From Ostreococcus lucimarinus (Eukaryota), in assembly GCA_000092065.1 (NCBI GenBank), contig CP000593.1: a stretch of 64,000 bases of DNA; one strand, written 5' to 3'. Under the pieces are notes generated by a model. The model made no database searches. It worked only from the letters and a program-made list of their open reading frames with translations, and was not told where the DNA came from. The first letter of the stretch is position 1. Every line of letters begins with the position of its first letter. A program made the position numbers and the translations under genes. This document shows positions 29,149 to 39,154 of the stretch, piece by piece.

Positions 29149-30822
29149 CTAATGCGTGGCGCTGCGTATCGTCTTGTTGAGAAGTTTCACCTGGCGCGCT
29201 TTACTCTCGACGCGCTCTTGCGCGTCCTCGAGCGCCTTGGCGAGAAATTCTCCCTCGGCGCCCGAGCTCCCGCCGATTTCTCGCGCGATGGATTCGTGCT
29301 CGACGCGTAGCTTGGAGAGCTCGTTTTGTAACTCGCGATGGATGTGCTGGATGTCGCGAGTATCAAATTTTGCAGGTTTACCGCGCGATCTCTCGCTCGC
29401 GGGCGACGGCGTGTTGACGCTCATCTCCGCCCCGGGCTCGCGAACGACGTCGAGTTCCTCATCCAACACGAAAGGTTCGCCGTCTATGATGCGACGCGTG
29501 AGCTTTGCGTTGATTTCCCCGACGGCATGCAAATTTGTGCGTAGCTGTGCGCACTCGCGTTCGGTATCGGCCGACGCCGCGGCGATTTCTTTCAATTTCA
29601 TCAGCGCGTTGCGAGAAACGTTCTCGGCTCTCGTCGCTGTGGACTCCATGCGAGCCACGCGCTCGTTCGCCTCCTTCACACTTTTCCTAGCCGATTCAAT
29701 CATCTCATTCGCACGCTCTCGCGCGCGAGCTAGTTCATCATCAAACGTCTCTCGTAAAGCATCGACGCGACTCGCCATCCCGCGTTCAACGATTTCGTGC
29801 TGCGCCGCGAGCTCTTCGTTGAGCTGCCGCACCGCGTTCGCCATCTCCGTCGACCTCGTCTCCATCATTCGCCGCAGAGCCATGGTCTCATTTTCACTCT
29901 TCGTCAATTGCTCTCTGAGCGCATCCTGCGCGATTTTCCCAGCGCTGTGCGCTTCCACCACTTTGACGCGTTCCGCCGCCAACATGGATTCAAAGTCGCG
30001 AAACCGCCGTCTGTCCGCTTCGAGCTCGACGCGCTCCTCCTCCAACCGCGCCCGCACCGCTCGCTCGCGCTCGAGCTCATTCAAAAACTGTCTCTCCTTC
30101 GCCTCGTATTCATCCCGCATCGCCTTCACCGCTCGCTCCATCTTCGACGCCCGCTTCTCCGCGCTCTCTCGCTTGCGTCGCTCGCCGTCCAGCGCGCCTC
30201 GCGCCGCCGCACGTTCAATCTCCGCGTTCTCCGCGTTCGCCGCCAACTCTCCTCGAAACGCGCGACATTCCACATCCAGCGCGTCTCTTTCGCGATTTCC
30301 CTCCTCCACCGCGCGTCGTAACGACCGAATCTCCGCCTCCGCGCTCGCGTTCGCGTTTGAATTCAACTCTGACAGCCGCCGCGTCCTCGTCAACTCATTT
30401 TCCATCTCCTCTCGCACCGCCGCCGCCTCTCGCGCGTCCTCGCGCGCTCGAAACAATTCTCTCTTTATCTCCTCGTACGTTCCGTGCGCGTGCTCGAGAT
30501 CGCGCGTGAGCGCCTCGCATCGCGATTTCCAAATCGTCACCAGCGCCGTCGCCGTGTCGCGATTTTCTCTGCGCGCGCGCGCGACGACGTCCTCCTCGCG
30601 CGCGCGCGCGTCGTTCGAGACAACCATCGACCGTCGCTCGCGTCGCGCGCGCGCGAGGGTCGCGCGTCGCGTCGCGCGCGCCTCGATGTCTCGTTCGTCG
30701 CCGCATTTCACGAACATTCGTCGGCCGCATTCCGCGACGAACGACGCCCTGCGCGCGCCTCGACGCCGCGCGCAGGGCGTTCGAGCGCGCGCGAGACGCC
30801 GCGCGCGCCTCGCGCGCGTCAC
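29149..30822 (-). CDS. Coiled-coil protein (start uncertain; internal ATGs possible).
   Basis: 557 aa. Long heptad-like Glu/Arg/Ala/Leu-rich stretches of diverse composition (…RDEYEAKERQFLNELERERAVRARLEEERVELEADRRRFRDFESMLAAERVKVVEAH…). The opposite-strand translation is Ser-rich junk. Confidence 0.5.
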   Translation of the reverse strand: MTRARRARRLARARTPCARRRGARRASFVAECGRRMFVKCGDERDIEARATRRATLARARRERRSMVVSNDARAREEDVVARARRENRDTATALVTIWKSRCEALTRDLEHAHGTYEEIKRELFRAREDAREAAAVREEMENELTRTRRLSELNSNANASAEAEIRSLRRAVEEGNRERDALDVECRAFRGELAANAENAEIERAAARGALDGERRKRESAEKRASKMERAVKAMRDEYEAKERQFLNELERERAVRARLEEERVELEADRRRFRDFESMLAAERVKVVEAHSAGKIAQDALREQLTKSENETMALRRMMETRSTEMANAVRQLNEELAAQHEIVERGMASRVDALRETFDDELARARERANEMIESARKSVKEANERVARMESTATRAENVSRNALMKLKEIAAASADTERECAQLRTNLHAVGEINAKLTRRIIDGEPFVLDEELDVVREPGAEMSVNTPSPASERSRGKPAKFDTRDIQHIHRELQNELSKLRVEHESIAREIGGSSGAEGEFLAKALEDAQERVESKARQVKLLNKTIRSATH

Positions 30823-30871
30823 CGCGCGCGTCGAAGGCGACGCTCGGACGCGCGAGGCGATCGCGACGGCG

Positions 30872-31855
30872 ATGATGGCGCGAACGGCCGCGCGACGATC
30901 GACGGCGCGCGTCGCGCGCGGGGCGACGCGCGCGACGAACGCGAGGCGACAGGCGCGGGCGATCGCGCGGCGACGCGTCGCGGTGACGCGCGCGAGCGAG
31001 GCGAGCGACGACGCGATGAGGGACGAGGCGAGCGGGTACGAGAAGCGCGCGGCGGAGAGCGCGGCGGCGGGCGTGGAGGAGAAACGACCGCCGCGAGGCG
31101 GGGACGCCCCGGCGCCGGGATCGTGGTCGTGGACGCTGAATTGGGATCACGTGATGTTCGATACGCGGGGAAGGGTGATCGAGGAACCGACGAAGGAGGA
31201 CATGGCGCGCGCGCGGGTGCTCATCGGGTCGTGCCCGCGAAACGCGGAGGACGTGGACCGGTTGGTCGACGAAGCGGGAGTGGAGGCGATCGTGTGCTTG
31301 CAGTGCTCGTTGTGTCACGCGGCGATGGAGATCGATTGGCAGAGCGTGCGAAGGCGAGCGATCGAACGAGGAGTGATGATCGTGCAGGTGAACGTGCGCG
31401 ATTTCGATCGACTGGACCAGGCGAAGATGTTACCCGAGGCGGTGCGGAAGTTGGCGGCGTTTCAAGCGATGGGTAAGCGCACGTACGTGCACTGCACGGC
31501 GGGGATCAATCGCGCATCGCTCACCGTGGTCGGTTATTTGACCTTTGTCAAGATGTTTGATTTGGAAGCGGCGCTGCACGCCGTGCGCACGTCGCGTCCG
31601 CAGGCGAACCCGTACGTGGTTTCCTGGGAAATCGCGCGCGCTCGTTTGCTGGCGCATAGGCTTGAGGATATTTATCTGTACTCGCAAGTCGACGCTGGTG
31701 GTAACACTATCGATGACGGTGGTGACTGGATCAAGCGCGACCTCGAGCGCGCGGAGAAGGGCGTCATCGCCGAAGTCTTCAAACGCGCCATCGACACCGA
31801 TTTGTCCATGTACGGAGCGCTCATCGAAGGGGACTACCAACAACAGCGTCACTGA
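30872..31855 (+). CDS. Dual-specificity protein phosphatase (DSP family) with an Arg/Ala-rich presequence-like N-terminus.
   Basis: CX5R active site VHCTAGINRASLTVVGYL within a DSP catalytic fold (…LIGSCPRNAEDVDRLVDEAGVEAIVCLQ…). First in-frame ATG after Ser-rich junk is at 30872 (MMARTAARR…). Confidence 0.7.
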   Translation: MMARTAARRSTARVARGATRATNARRQARAIARRRVAVTRASEASDDAMRDEASGYEKRAAESAAAGVEEKRPPRGGDAPAPGSWSWTLNWDHVMFDTRGRVIEEPTKEDMARARVLIGSCPRNAEDVDRLVDEAGVEAIVCLQCSLCHAAMEIDWQSVRRRAIERGVMIVQVNVRDFDRLDQAKMLPEAVRKLAAFQAMGKRTYVHCTAGINRASLTVVGYLTFVKMFDLEAALHAVRTSRPQANPYVVSWEIARARLLAHRLEDIYLYSQVDAGGNTIDDGGDWIKRDLERAEKGVIAEVFKRAIDTDLSMYGALIEGDYQQQRH

Positions 31856-31931
31856 CGATGGGATCAAGAATATAGACGTTAGTAGTTTACTGTTGTACAT
31901 CATCGAAACAGAACGTAGGGTCTAACTAAAA

Positions 31932-34542
31932 CTATCCGTTGAGCATGGCCTCGAGATCGATGTCGTTCTTCGACAACGTCTTGGCGCCGCCGAGCTTCAT
32001 CGGCGGCGGTTTGGCGCCTCCCATCGAGCGCACGCCGCCCCCGAGCGATCCACTCGACGGTGGACGGCGCACACCACCGATACTAGCGTGGCCGGTCGCC
32101 CCCATCGACCGCGCACCGCTGAATCCCGACGACGCGCGCGGCGCCTGGGACGGCGGCTTCGCCGACGGTTTCGGCGGCGCCGGAGCGCTCATGTCCTCGA
32201 ACAGGTCGTCGTCACCCCAACCATCGCTCTCGTGACTGGCCACTTTGGGTATGGATGTTTTCATCGGCGCTCGCGCGCTCGAACCCGCGCGTGAGTTCAA
32301 TCGCGCGCGGGCGGCTTCTTCCGCGGGATCGACGACGTCTAAATCGCCCCATCCGTCGTCGTCGTCGTCCTCCAAGTCTTCGTTCCCCATGGACAGCGCG
32401 CTCACCTTTTGTGCCGCCGCCTCGATCGTTCGGCGACTCGAGTCGTACGCGTTTGATGTCATGGCTTTCGCAGGCGATGGTCCAAGAGACGTCGCCGGCG
32501 TGTTTTGCGTCGAAGTTCGCGGGCTCTCGCCGTACAACTTCGGCGGCGGCGCCGCCGAACTGAATGATTTCGCCATCAATCGTTCATTCTGAAGATCAAC
32601 CGGTTCGTGCGCGTCATCTGGTCCGCCTATTTTCGTCGCTGCCATGTTCACAGCCCACGAAAGCATGTTTGCCGCGCGTTTAGCCGCGTTCGCGTGCCCT
32701 TTCTGTTGTTGCGCCTCGACGTGCGCCGCCGCCGCTTCGGGGCCGAGTTCGAGCGCCTCTGAGTGCCCTTTTAACCCTTGCACGTACAACTCAAGTACGG
32801 TGAACGCGCGCGTTCGCACGTCTTTTTCGATGTCCGTCATGAGCGGCGCGAGCGCTGGGATCAACCGCTGGCTCACTTCTAACGGTTCATAATATTGCGT
32901 CGTGTGCTCGAGCGCCATGAGACCCGCCAGTCGCGCGGGCGGAAATCCATCCTTGAGCGATCTTGTGAACGCGTTCAGCAACACCCGCTTCGCCGTCGCT
33001 TGACTCAAATACTTTGCGATGTTTCCTAGGCAAATCGTCGTGTTGGCGCGAATCGCCGGATCTTCATCAATCTGCAACTTGCTCAAATGCCTCAAAAGCG
33101 ACGCCGTGATGACGCGCTCGGAGAGTCGCGGCACCAACGTCAGCGCCCCCTTCAGCGTCATCTCGCGCACGTTGGAGTCGTTGTGCGCGAAGCCGGTCTG
33201 TAGACGTTCGTACAACGGATCATCCATCATGGCATCCGGCACGTGGTCGGCATATCGCGTCAAATTTTCCAACAAATCCAGTCGAATCATCTTATCCGGC
33301 GCCTCGTAAAGCTTCATGACCGTCGGGATGACGAGTTTTTGATACTGATCGCGCGGAACCTCCTCTGCGGCGAGGAGCATGGGTAAGATGGCTTGATGCG
33401 GCGCTTGATTAAACGACAGCGCGTCGCACAACATGGGTAAGATTTTCTTTTGCACGGGCGCCTGGGCGAGTTGCTCCAACACGCGCGGCAGGTGGCCGAA
33501 GAATCGTTCCTTTTCAATCGAATCCTTCAACGCCAAGTTGTTGATGAACGTGATCGTCTCCACGAGCTTGTTCGAAAACGCCTCTTTGTTCTCGATGAGC
33601 TTCTTCGGGTTGTACCGTCGCGCAGGTTGCGAGCCGAGAAGACGCTGATAATCCTTCAGCAGCGACTTTGGGATTTGATCAATCTCGCGCAACTGGTCCG
33701 TCCCGCGCAGAGCGCCGCCGCTGTACACCTCCTGAATCAAGCATCCCAACCCCCACGCGTCGATCGCCCACGGCGGCCCTTCGGGAATGATCACCCAGTC
33801 TCCCCTTCTGTACTCCTCCGGCTTGTATTGATCCGGCACCAGATACGCCCCGCGAATGAGCGCCGCGTCCCCGTTCACCCCGTGTCCGATGCTCTCCAGC
33901 TCGCTGCACAGATCGAACCCGTGTAACTTCCAGTCTAACCGCTCCGTCACCACCACCGCGCTCAGCCCGACCCCCCCGTGCACGAGCTTACAATCGTTGC
34001 TCAAGAACGCCACCGCCGTCGCGATTTCCCGCACCCCGAGCGAAAAATAATCATCCCTCTGCCCGTTCCCCCCCCCCCCGATCGGCGCCTCCCGCAGGTG
34101 CGCCTCCAGCGGCGTCACCGCCTCCGTCACGACGTGTATCGTCAGCTCGTTCCCGCTCTCGATCTCGATCACGTCCTTCACCAGCAGCACGTTTGGGTGT
34201 CGAAGCGTCTTCATCCGTCGCGCCCCGTTCTTCGCCAGCCTCACCCGCTGTTGATCGCGATTCACGTCCGCGTGAAACGTGAATATCGAGTGTTCCTCTC
34301 CCGTCTCCTGCGCGCGTTTCCTTTCGTCAATCATCGTCATCAGACGCATTCATTCATTCATTCATTCATTCATTCATTCATTCATTCACTCATCCTTCGC
34401 GTCGCGTCGCGTTCGTTCGTCGCACCTGGCACGTCCCGCGTCGGTGCGTCCACACGCCGAACGCGCGACACGCGAACTCGCGCCCGAGGTCGTACTTCAG
34501 CCTCGGTCCGCTCGCGAACAGGCTTCCGAGCGTGCCGAACAT
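31932..34542 (-). CDS. SCYL1: SCY1-like protein kinase (SCYL1/NTKL-type pseudokinase with C-terminal HEAT repeats). Two exons: 34542..34426 and 34307..31932.
   Basis: Exon 2 carries …SIFTFHADVNRDQQRVRLAKNGARRMKTLRHPNVLLVKDVIEIESGNELTIHVVTEAVTPLEAHL…, then a degenerate kinase fold, HEAT repeats and a Ser/Gly-rich tail. The upstream track ORF 34390..34926 ends MFGTLGSLFASGPRLKYDLGREFACRAFGVWTHRRGTCQ. This aligns with the plant SCYL1 N-terminus MFKFLKGVVGGSGTGLKDLPYNIGDPYPSAWGSWSHFRGTSKDDGSPVSIF, and the splice preserves its spacing: RGTCQ|ETGEEHSIF against RGTSKDDGSPVSIF. An alternative upstream ATG lies at 34605. Confidence 0.85.
34308..34425 (-). other. Spliceosomal intron (118 nt, phase 0) in SCYL1, containing a (TGAA)9 microsatellite.
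   Basis: Minus sense CAG|GTGCGACGAACGAACGCGACGCGACGCGAAGGATGA GTGAATGAA(TGAA)n…GCGTCTGATGACGATGATTGACGAAAGGAAACGCGCGCAG|GAG. GT at 34425-34424 and AG at 34309-34308. The repeat carries in-frame TGA stops, which is why the track splits the gene. Confidence 0.75.
34350..34392. repeat. (TTCA)n / (TGAA)n tetranucleotide microsatellite, about 9-10 units.
   Basis: cattcattcattcattcattcattcattcattcattcact read directly. Confidence 0.9.
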
Positions 34543-34651
34543 CGGATTCGACGCCTCGATCGGCGCGCCGATGTGACGCGCGCGCGCGTCGAATCGCGAC
34601 GCCATCGCGCGACGACGACGCGCGTCGCGCGTCGCGTCGGCGACGACGACG

Positions 34652-34741
34652 ATGGACGCCGCGACGCGCGACGACGACGCGCGACGCGCGGGCGCGACGA
34701 CGACCGCGATCGACGGCGACGACGACGACGACGGGACGCGC

Positions 34742-34778
<37 letters not shown>

Positions 34779-35638
34779 CGGCGACGACGGCGGTGAAGAC
34801 GCCGACGGGACGGGACGACGGCGACGATGGGTTTTGCCCGGCGTGGACGCGCCGCGGACGCGGGACGATCGCGAGCGCGGCGTGGCGACGACCGGCGCTG
34901 GCGGCGTGCTCGCTGGAGGATTTCACGTTTGATTTGATGCGGTTTCATCAGGAGCGAGGACGGGATTGGGAGCAGTGCTGGGCGAATTTGGATCGAGTCG
35001 TCGGGCGCACGGGTGCGCCGCTGGATTGCTTGCACCTGTACCGACAGGTGTGCTCGCTGGGGGGGTTCGCGTCGAGGACGAGCGCGAAGGAGCGAATCAA
35101 GGCGGCGGAGATTTTCAGAAACATGTTTAATCACTACGAAAATCACACGATGACGGATTGCGGGAATCGCATGCTGACGGCGTATGAGAATTATTTTTTG
35201 GAGTACGAGGCGGCGCACGAGGAGGATTTGACGCGCGGGACGTGCGGGAACTGCGGGGGGGGGATTCAAACGTCCATCGGAACGGTGGCGGATTTGCTGC
35301 ACGAGTGCGTCGGGTGCGAAAGAATGTTTCACGGACGGTGCCAACCGCCCGAGGTGTTTCCTCCGATCCACGGGGAGGGCAAGAACGCGGGGTGTTCGAC
35401 GCGCATCGTGTGCTTTGAATGCCGGGCAGGCGGCGCGTACGCCGCCTCGACCAAGTTGCTGCGCGACGAACGAGAGGACGCGGATTCGTACCAAACGCGA
35501 TTGTACGAATGCGTCGCGCGACGCGGTCGCCGGTATAAGAGCAGCTACGTGCGACCGACGCGAGCGATGGACGAAGGCGCGAAGCCGCCGTCGCCGACGG
35601 GCAACGATCCAGACGATGGTAGTAAAATGGATGACTGA
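34652..35638 (+). CDS. ARID/BRIGHT DNA-binding domain protein with a C-terminal PHD-like zinc finger; poly-Asp and poly-Thr tracts near the N-terminus.
   Basis: ARID-like segment (FTFDLMRFHQERGRDWEQCWANLDRVVGRTGAPLDCLHLYRQVCSLGGFASRTSAKERIKAAEIF). C4HC3-like finger (CGNCGGG…HECVGCERMFHGRCQPP…CFECR). A 13xThr run is encoded by (ACG)n at 34744-34780. Confidence 0.6.
34744..34780. repeat. (ACG)n microsatellite inside the ARID-PHD coding region (13xThr).
   Basis: acgacgacgacgacgacgacgacgacgacgacgacg read directly. Confidence 0.9.
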
Positions 35639-35683
35639 TGATTGTTGTGATTAAAAAACAAGCGATGACGATGAAACGTTTCC

Positions 35684-37176
35684 CTAAAGTACAAATCGAC
35701 TCAAGTCCTCTTGCTTGAGCATGTTGCCGATCGCGTCGTCGATATCTTTGACGCCAATCTTGACCTGCAGCTCGCCTTTGCCGCCCGCCGCGACGAATTT
35801 CGCATATCTCTCGGGCGCGTCAAACGACAAATCCTCGACGATGCGTTCGAGCACGGTGTGCAGTCGTCTGGCGCCGATGTTGTCGACCGTTTTGTTCACC
35901 TTGGCCGCGATGCTCGCGATGTGCTCGATCGCTTCGTTCGTGAACTCTAAATCGATCCCTTCCGTCTTCATGAGCGCCTTTTGTTGCGCGATCATGTTCA
36001 TCTCCGGTTCGGTTAAAATTCGGTACAAGTCGCGCTCGGTCAAACCTTTGAGCTCGACGCGAATGGGCAATCGTCCCTGTAACTCGGCGAGCATGTCGCT
36101 CGGTTTCGCGCTGTGGAACGCTCCGGAGGCTATGAACAAGATGTGGTCGGTGTTGACGTTGCCGTGCTTCGTGCTCACGACGGAGCCTTCGATGATCGGC
36201 AACAAGTCGCGCTGCACGCCCTCGGAGCTCGCGTCGGCGCCGTGACGGTAATCGCTCGACGACACAATCTTATCAATCTCATCTATGAACACGATCCCAT
36301 CGTTCTCCACCGCCGTGATCGCCTCTTTCGCGATCGTCTCCGCGGACAACAAGTTGTCAAACTCCATCTCTTCGATCAAAGGTTTGCACTCGGCCACCGT
36401 CATTTTACGCTTGGACGTGCTCTTGCGGTTTCCGAACAATTTATCAACCTTGATGACTAATTCGTGAATGGGAATCGGTCCCCCGCTCGGGTCGATCTTC
36501 ATGTTTTGCCCACCCGAATCCGGCAACTCAACCTCGATCGTGCGATCGTCCAAAGTACCGTCTCGATACAACGTCCGAAACGCCTCGCGCGTCTCGTCGT
36601 TGGCCCCCTCCCCGCACACAAAATCTAAAATTTTATTCTCGATCAACTCCTCCACAAACTTTTCAAACTTCGCGCGCATCTTTTGTTTCGTCACCGCGAT
36701 CCCATTATCCACCAAATCTCGAATGATCTGATCGACGTCTCGCCCGTGAAATCCAACCTCTGTAAATTTCGTCGCCTCCACCTTTACGAAGGGCGAATCC
36801 GTAATCTTCGCCAATCGTCGCGCGATTTCCGTCTTCCCGCACCCCGTCGGGCCGATCATCAGGATATTTTTCGGCACGATTTCGTCTCGCATCGGTTTCC
36901 CGATCCTGTGTCGCCGCCATCGATTCCGAAGCGCCACCGCGCACGCCCGCTTCGCCTCCGTCTGTCCGACGATGTGCTTGTCCAGCAGCGCCGTCGCGCG
37001 TTCGGGCGTCAACCCACCGCGTCCGTCCTCTTCCCTCGCGTCTCGCCCGTCGCGCGCGTCCGCGGGCGTCACGTCGATCGTCACGTCGATCGTCGACCGC
37101 TTCGTGGGCGGTTTCGGCGGTTTCGCGACGCGCGACGGTCCCGTCGCGCCGTAGGGTCGCTCGCCGCGGTGCGTTT

Positions 37177-37216
<40 letters not shown>

Positions 37217-37339
37217 GCGCGCGGCGAGCGTCGCGGCGCATCGTTGGTCGACGTCCGCGTCGCGCGCGGCGCGCCACGCGCGCGCGAGCGCGCCGAACGC
37301 GCGCCGGGACATCGCGACGCGTCGAGACGCCCGCGTCAC
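35684..37339 (-). CDS. HSLU: HslU (ClpY) AAA+ ATPase of the HslVU protease, eukaryotic organellar type, with an Arg/Thr-rich presequence.
   Basis: 551 aa. Canonical HslU N-domain (LDKHIVGQTEAKRACAVALRNRWRR…KNILMIGPTGCGKTEIARRLAKITDSPFVKVEATKFTEVGFHGRDVDQIIRDLVD), an I-domain insertion, and a C-terminal sensor-2 region. The N-terminal ~90 aa is Arg/Ala-rich with a 14xThr run encoded by (CGT)n. Confidence 0.9.
37178..37215. repeat. (CGT)12 / (ACG)12 microsatellite inside the HslU coding region, giving a poly-Thr run in the presequence.
   Basis: tcgtcgtcgtcgtcgtcgtcgtcgtcgtcgtcgtcgtcg read directly; translates as ATTTTTTTTTTTTTTK on the minus strand. Confidence 0.9.
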
Positions 37340-37350
37340 TCAATGGCGCC

Positions 37351-37686
37351 ATGCCGACGTCGCTGACGCGGGCGGGCGCGCGCGCGACGCCGTCGACGCT
37401 CGGCGTCGATCCCGAAGACGTGCTCCATCCGCGCGTGCGCGATCTGCTGCACGGCGACGTCGTGCGCGTGGGCGCGCCGACGCCGAGCGTCATGAAGCAG
37501 CGGTTGCGAAACAAACTGTGGAAACTCGTCGTGTTGGCGATCGCGAGCGTCGTGCTGTGGGCGCTGCAGGGGGCGAGACAGGCGCGCGAGGGCGCGTGGG
37601 CGCGAGGGGAAGGGGTCGTCGAGCCGATGGCGGTGCGGTTCGCGAGAAAGGGGGCGTTCGGGGGGGGGGCGAAAATCGTGCACTGA
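37351..37686 (+). CDS. Candidate small membrane protein (111 aa, or about 62 aa from the internal Met), unannotated and unknown.
   Basis: ORF in the 460-bp gap between the HslU start and the WD40 3' end. Contains one clear TM helix (MKQRLRNKLWKLVVLAIASVVLWALQGARQ) with non-biased composition and GC3-rich codons. No homology recognised. Confidence 0.25.
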   Translation: MPTSLTRAGARATPSTLGVDPEDVLHPRVRDLLHGDVVRVGAPTPSVMKQRLRNKLWKLVVLAIASVVLWALQGARQAREGAWARGEGVVEPMAVRFARKGAFGGGAKIVH

Positions 37687-37802
37687 GAGCGCGAGACGCG
37701 CGGAGTCGCGGTCGAAGCGACGCGCGTGAGTTGTATCGAGTAATGTGTAACGCTAGCGTAGAGAATTAAACTTGAACGTACGGAATTGAACGTCGTGTGG
37801 CG

Positions 37803-39035
37803 TCATTCTTTGGATTTCTTCTTCTTCTTCTTCTTCGGCGCGGCGTCGTCGACGGCGACGGCGCACTCGCGAATCTTCTTCTTCTTCTTCTTGGCTTTCT
37901 TTTCCGCGCGAGCGTCGTCGTCGTCGACGTCGGGCGCTCGTTTCTTCTTTTTTGACGATTTTTTGACGCTCGCCGCCTCAAACGCTGGCGTGTGGGCGTC
38001 GAAGACGATGGCCGTGAGCGGTTGCTTGGCGTACGCAGAGGCGACGCACTTGCGCGTCGCGGTGTCGTAGACGCGCACGTATTGATCCAAACCCGCGCAC
38101 GCCACGTGCGCGCCGTCGGGATGGACCGCGACTTGACGAATGCTCCCGGAGTTTCCCTTAAACTTCCCTCGCGTTTTTCCCGCGCGAAGATCGACGATTT
38201 CAAACATCCCGCGAGCGTTGGCGACGTACGCCTCGTAACCATCCGCCGAGCTCGCCACGCTCGTGATCACGCCCTTACCGACGTCCAAGTCCAGCACCGC
38301 GCGCTTATCCGCGCGCGTATCGTAGTGTCTAAATCTATGCTCTCCCGTGCCGACGAAGAAGCGCGCGCATTCGCTCGTCGACGCGAAACACGTCGCGCTC
38401 ACCCAAGGCGGCGCTCGGTACCCCAACCAATTTGGCGGAGGTGGTTTCGCCTTATACGTCCGTTTCTGTTCGTGTACGTCGTACACCACGACATCGTTCC
38501 CTTGGCCCTTACCTCCCAGCACCAATCTCCCCAATCTTGCGTCGAGATCGGAGCTCGTCGCGTCGCCGCACGCTCGAAACGTCCCGGTTTCTCGCCACGT
38601 TTCGTCGCCGTATTCATTCACGATTCCATGCACCCCAACCTCACCGTCGTCGTGCACGGCGACGACGTGCATGCGTTCCCACGACGTTCCACGCTCGTCT
38701 CCCTCGCACCACGCGTGCGCGTCGACGATTTCTTTCGACAGCGTCAACGTCGCCGTCGAGCGCGTCCCGCTCCTCGCCTCCATCACCTCCACCGCGCCGC
38801 CTTTTCGCGCGCACACCACCCGCGGTCCGCTCGCATCGCTCGCGCCGCGCAATTCGCACACCGCGCGCGCGCGCACCGCGCGTCGCGCGCGGTCGAGCGC
38901 GCCGAATTTCCCAATCAGCGTCAAGTCTTCGGCCGCGTCGCCGCCGGCGGCGGGGTCCGTGGCGAACGCGCGGACGTATCCGAGCTCGTCGCACGCGAGC
39001 ACGCGGATCGGGAGGTCGGTGTGCGGTGGTGCCAT
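37803..39035 (-). CDS. WD40-repeat protein with a Lys-rich C-terminal tail, WDR74/Nsa1-like (60S ribosome biogenesis).
   Basis: 410 aa. WD-like blades (…AGLDQYVRVYDTATRKCVASAYAKQPLTAIVFD resembles the last blade of WDR74). Tail SSKKKKRAPDVDDDDARAEKKAKKKKKKIRE…PKKKKKKKSKE. Confidence 0.55.
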   Translation of the reverse strand: MAPPHTDLPIRVLACDELGYVRAFATDPAAGGDAAEDLTLIGKFGALDRARRAVRARAVCELRGASDASGPRVVCARKGGAVEVMEARSGTRSTATLTLSKEIVDAHAWCEGDERGTSWERMHVVAVHDDGEVGVHGIVNEYGDETWRETGTFRACGDATSSDLDARLGRLVLGGKGQGNDVVVYDVHEQKRTYKAKPPPPNWLGYRAPPWVSATCFASTSECARFFVGTGEHRFRHYDTRADKRAVLDLDVGKGVITSVASSADGYEAYVANARGMFEIVDLRAGKTRGKFKGNSGSIRQVAVHPDGAHVACAGLDQYVRVYDTATRKCVASAYAKQPLTAIVFDAHTPAFEAASVKKSSKKKKRAPDVDDDDARAEKKAKKKKKKIRECAVAVDDAAPKKKKKKKSKE

Positions 39036-39154
39036 CGCGCGAGCGCGCGCGCCGCGTCCCGCGCGGACGACGGTGGTGCGACGATGAATGCGGTGAGGCG
39101 CGCGGCGAGGCGAAGCGCGAGAACGCGAGCGAAGCTAAGCGAAGCGGTTTGACA

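Noticed and set aside
34350-34392. (TGAA)n and (ACG)n arrays considered as possible CRISPR-like or functional repeat arrays.
   Set aside because: Perfect mono-unit microsatellites with no spacers. Eukaryotic context; located in introns or coding low-complexity regions.
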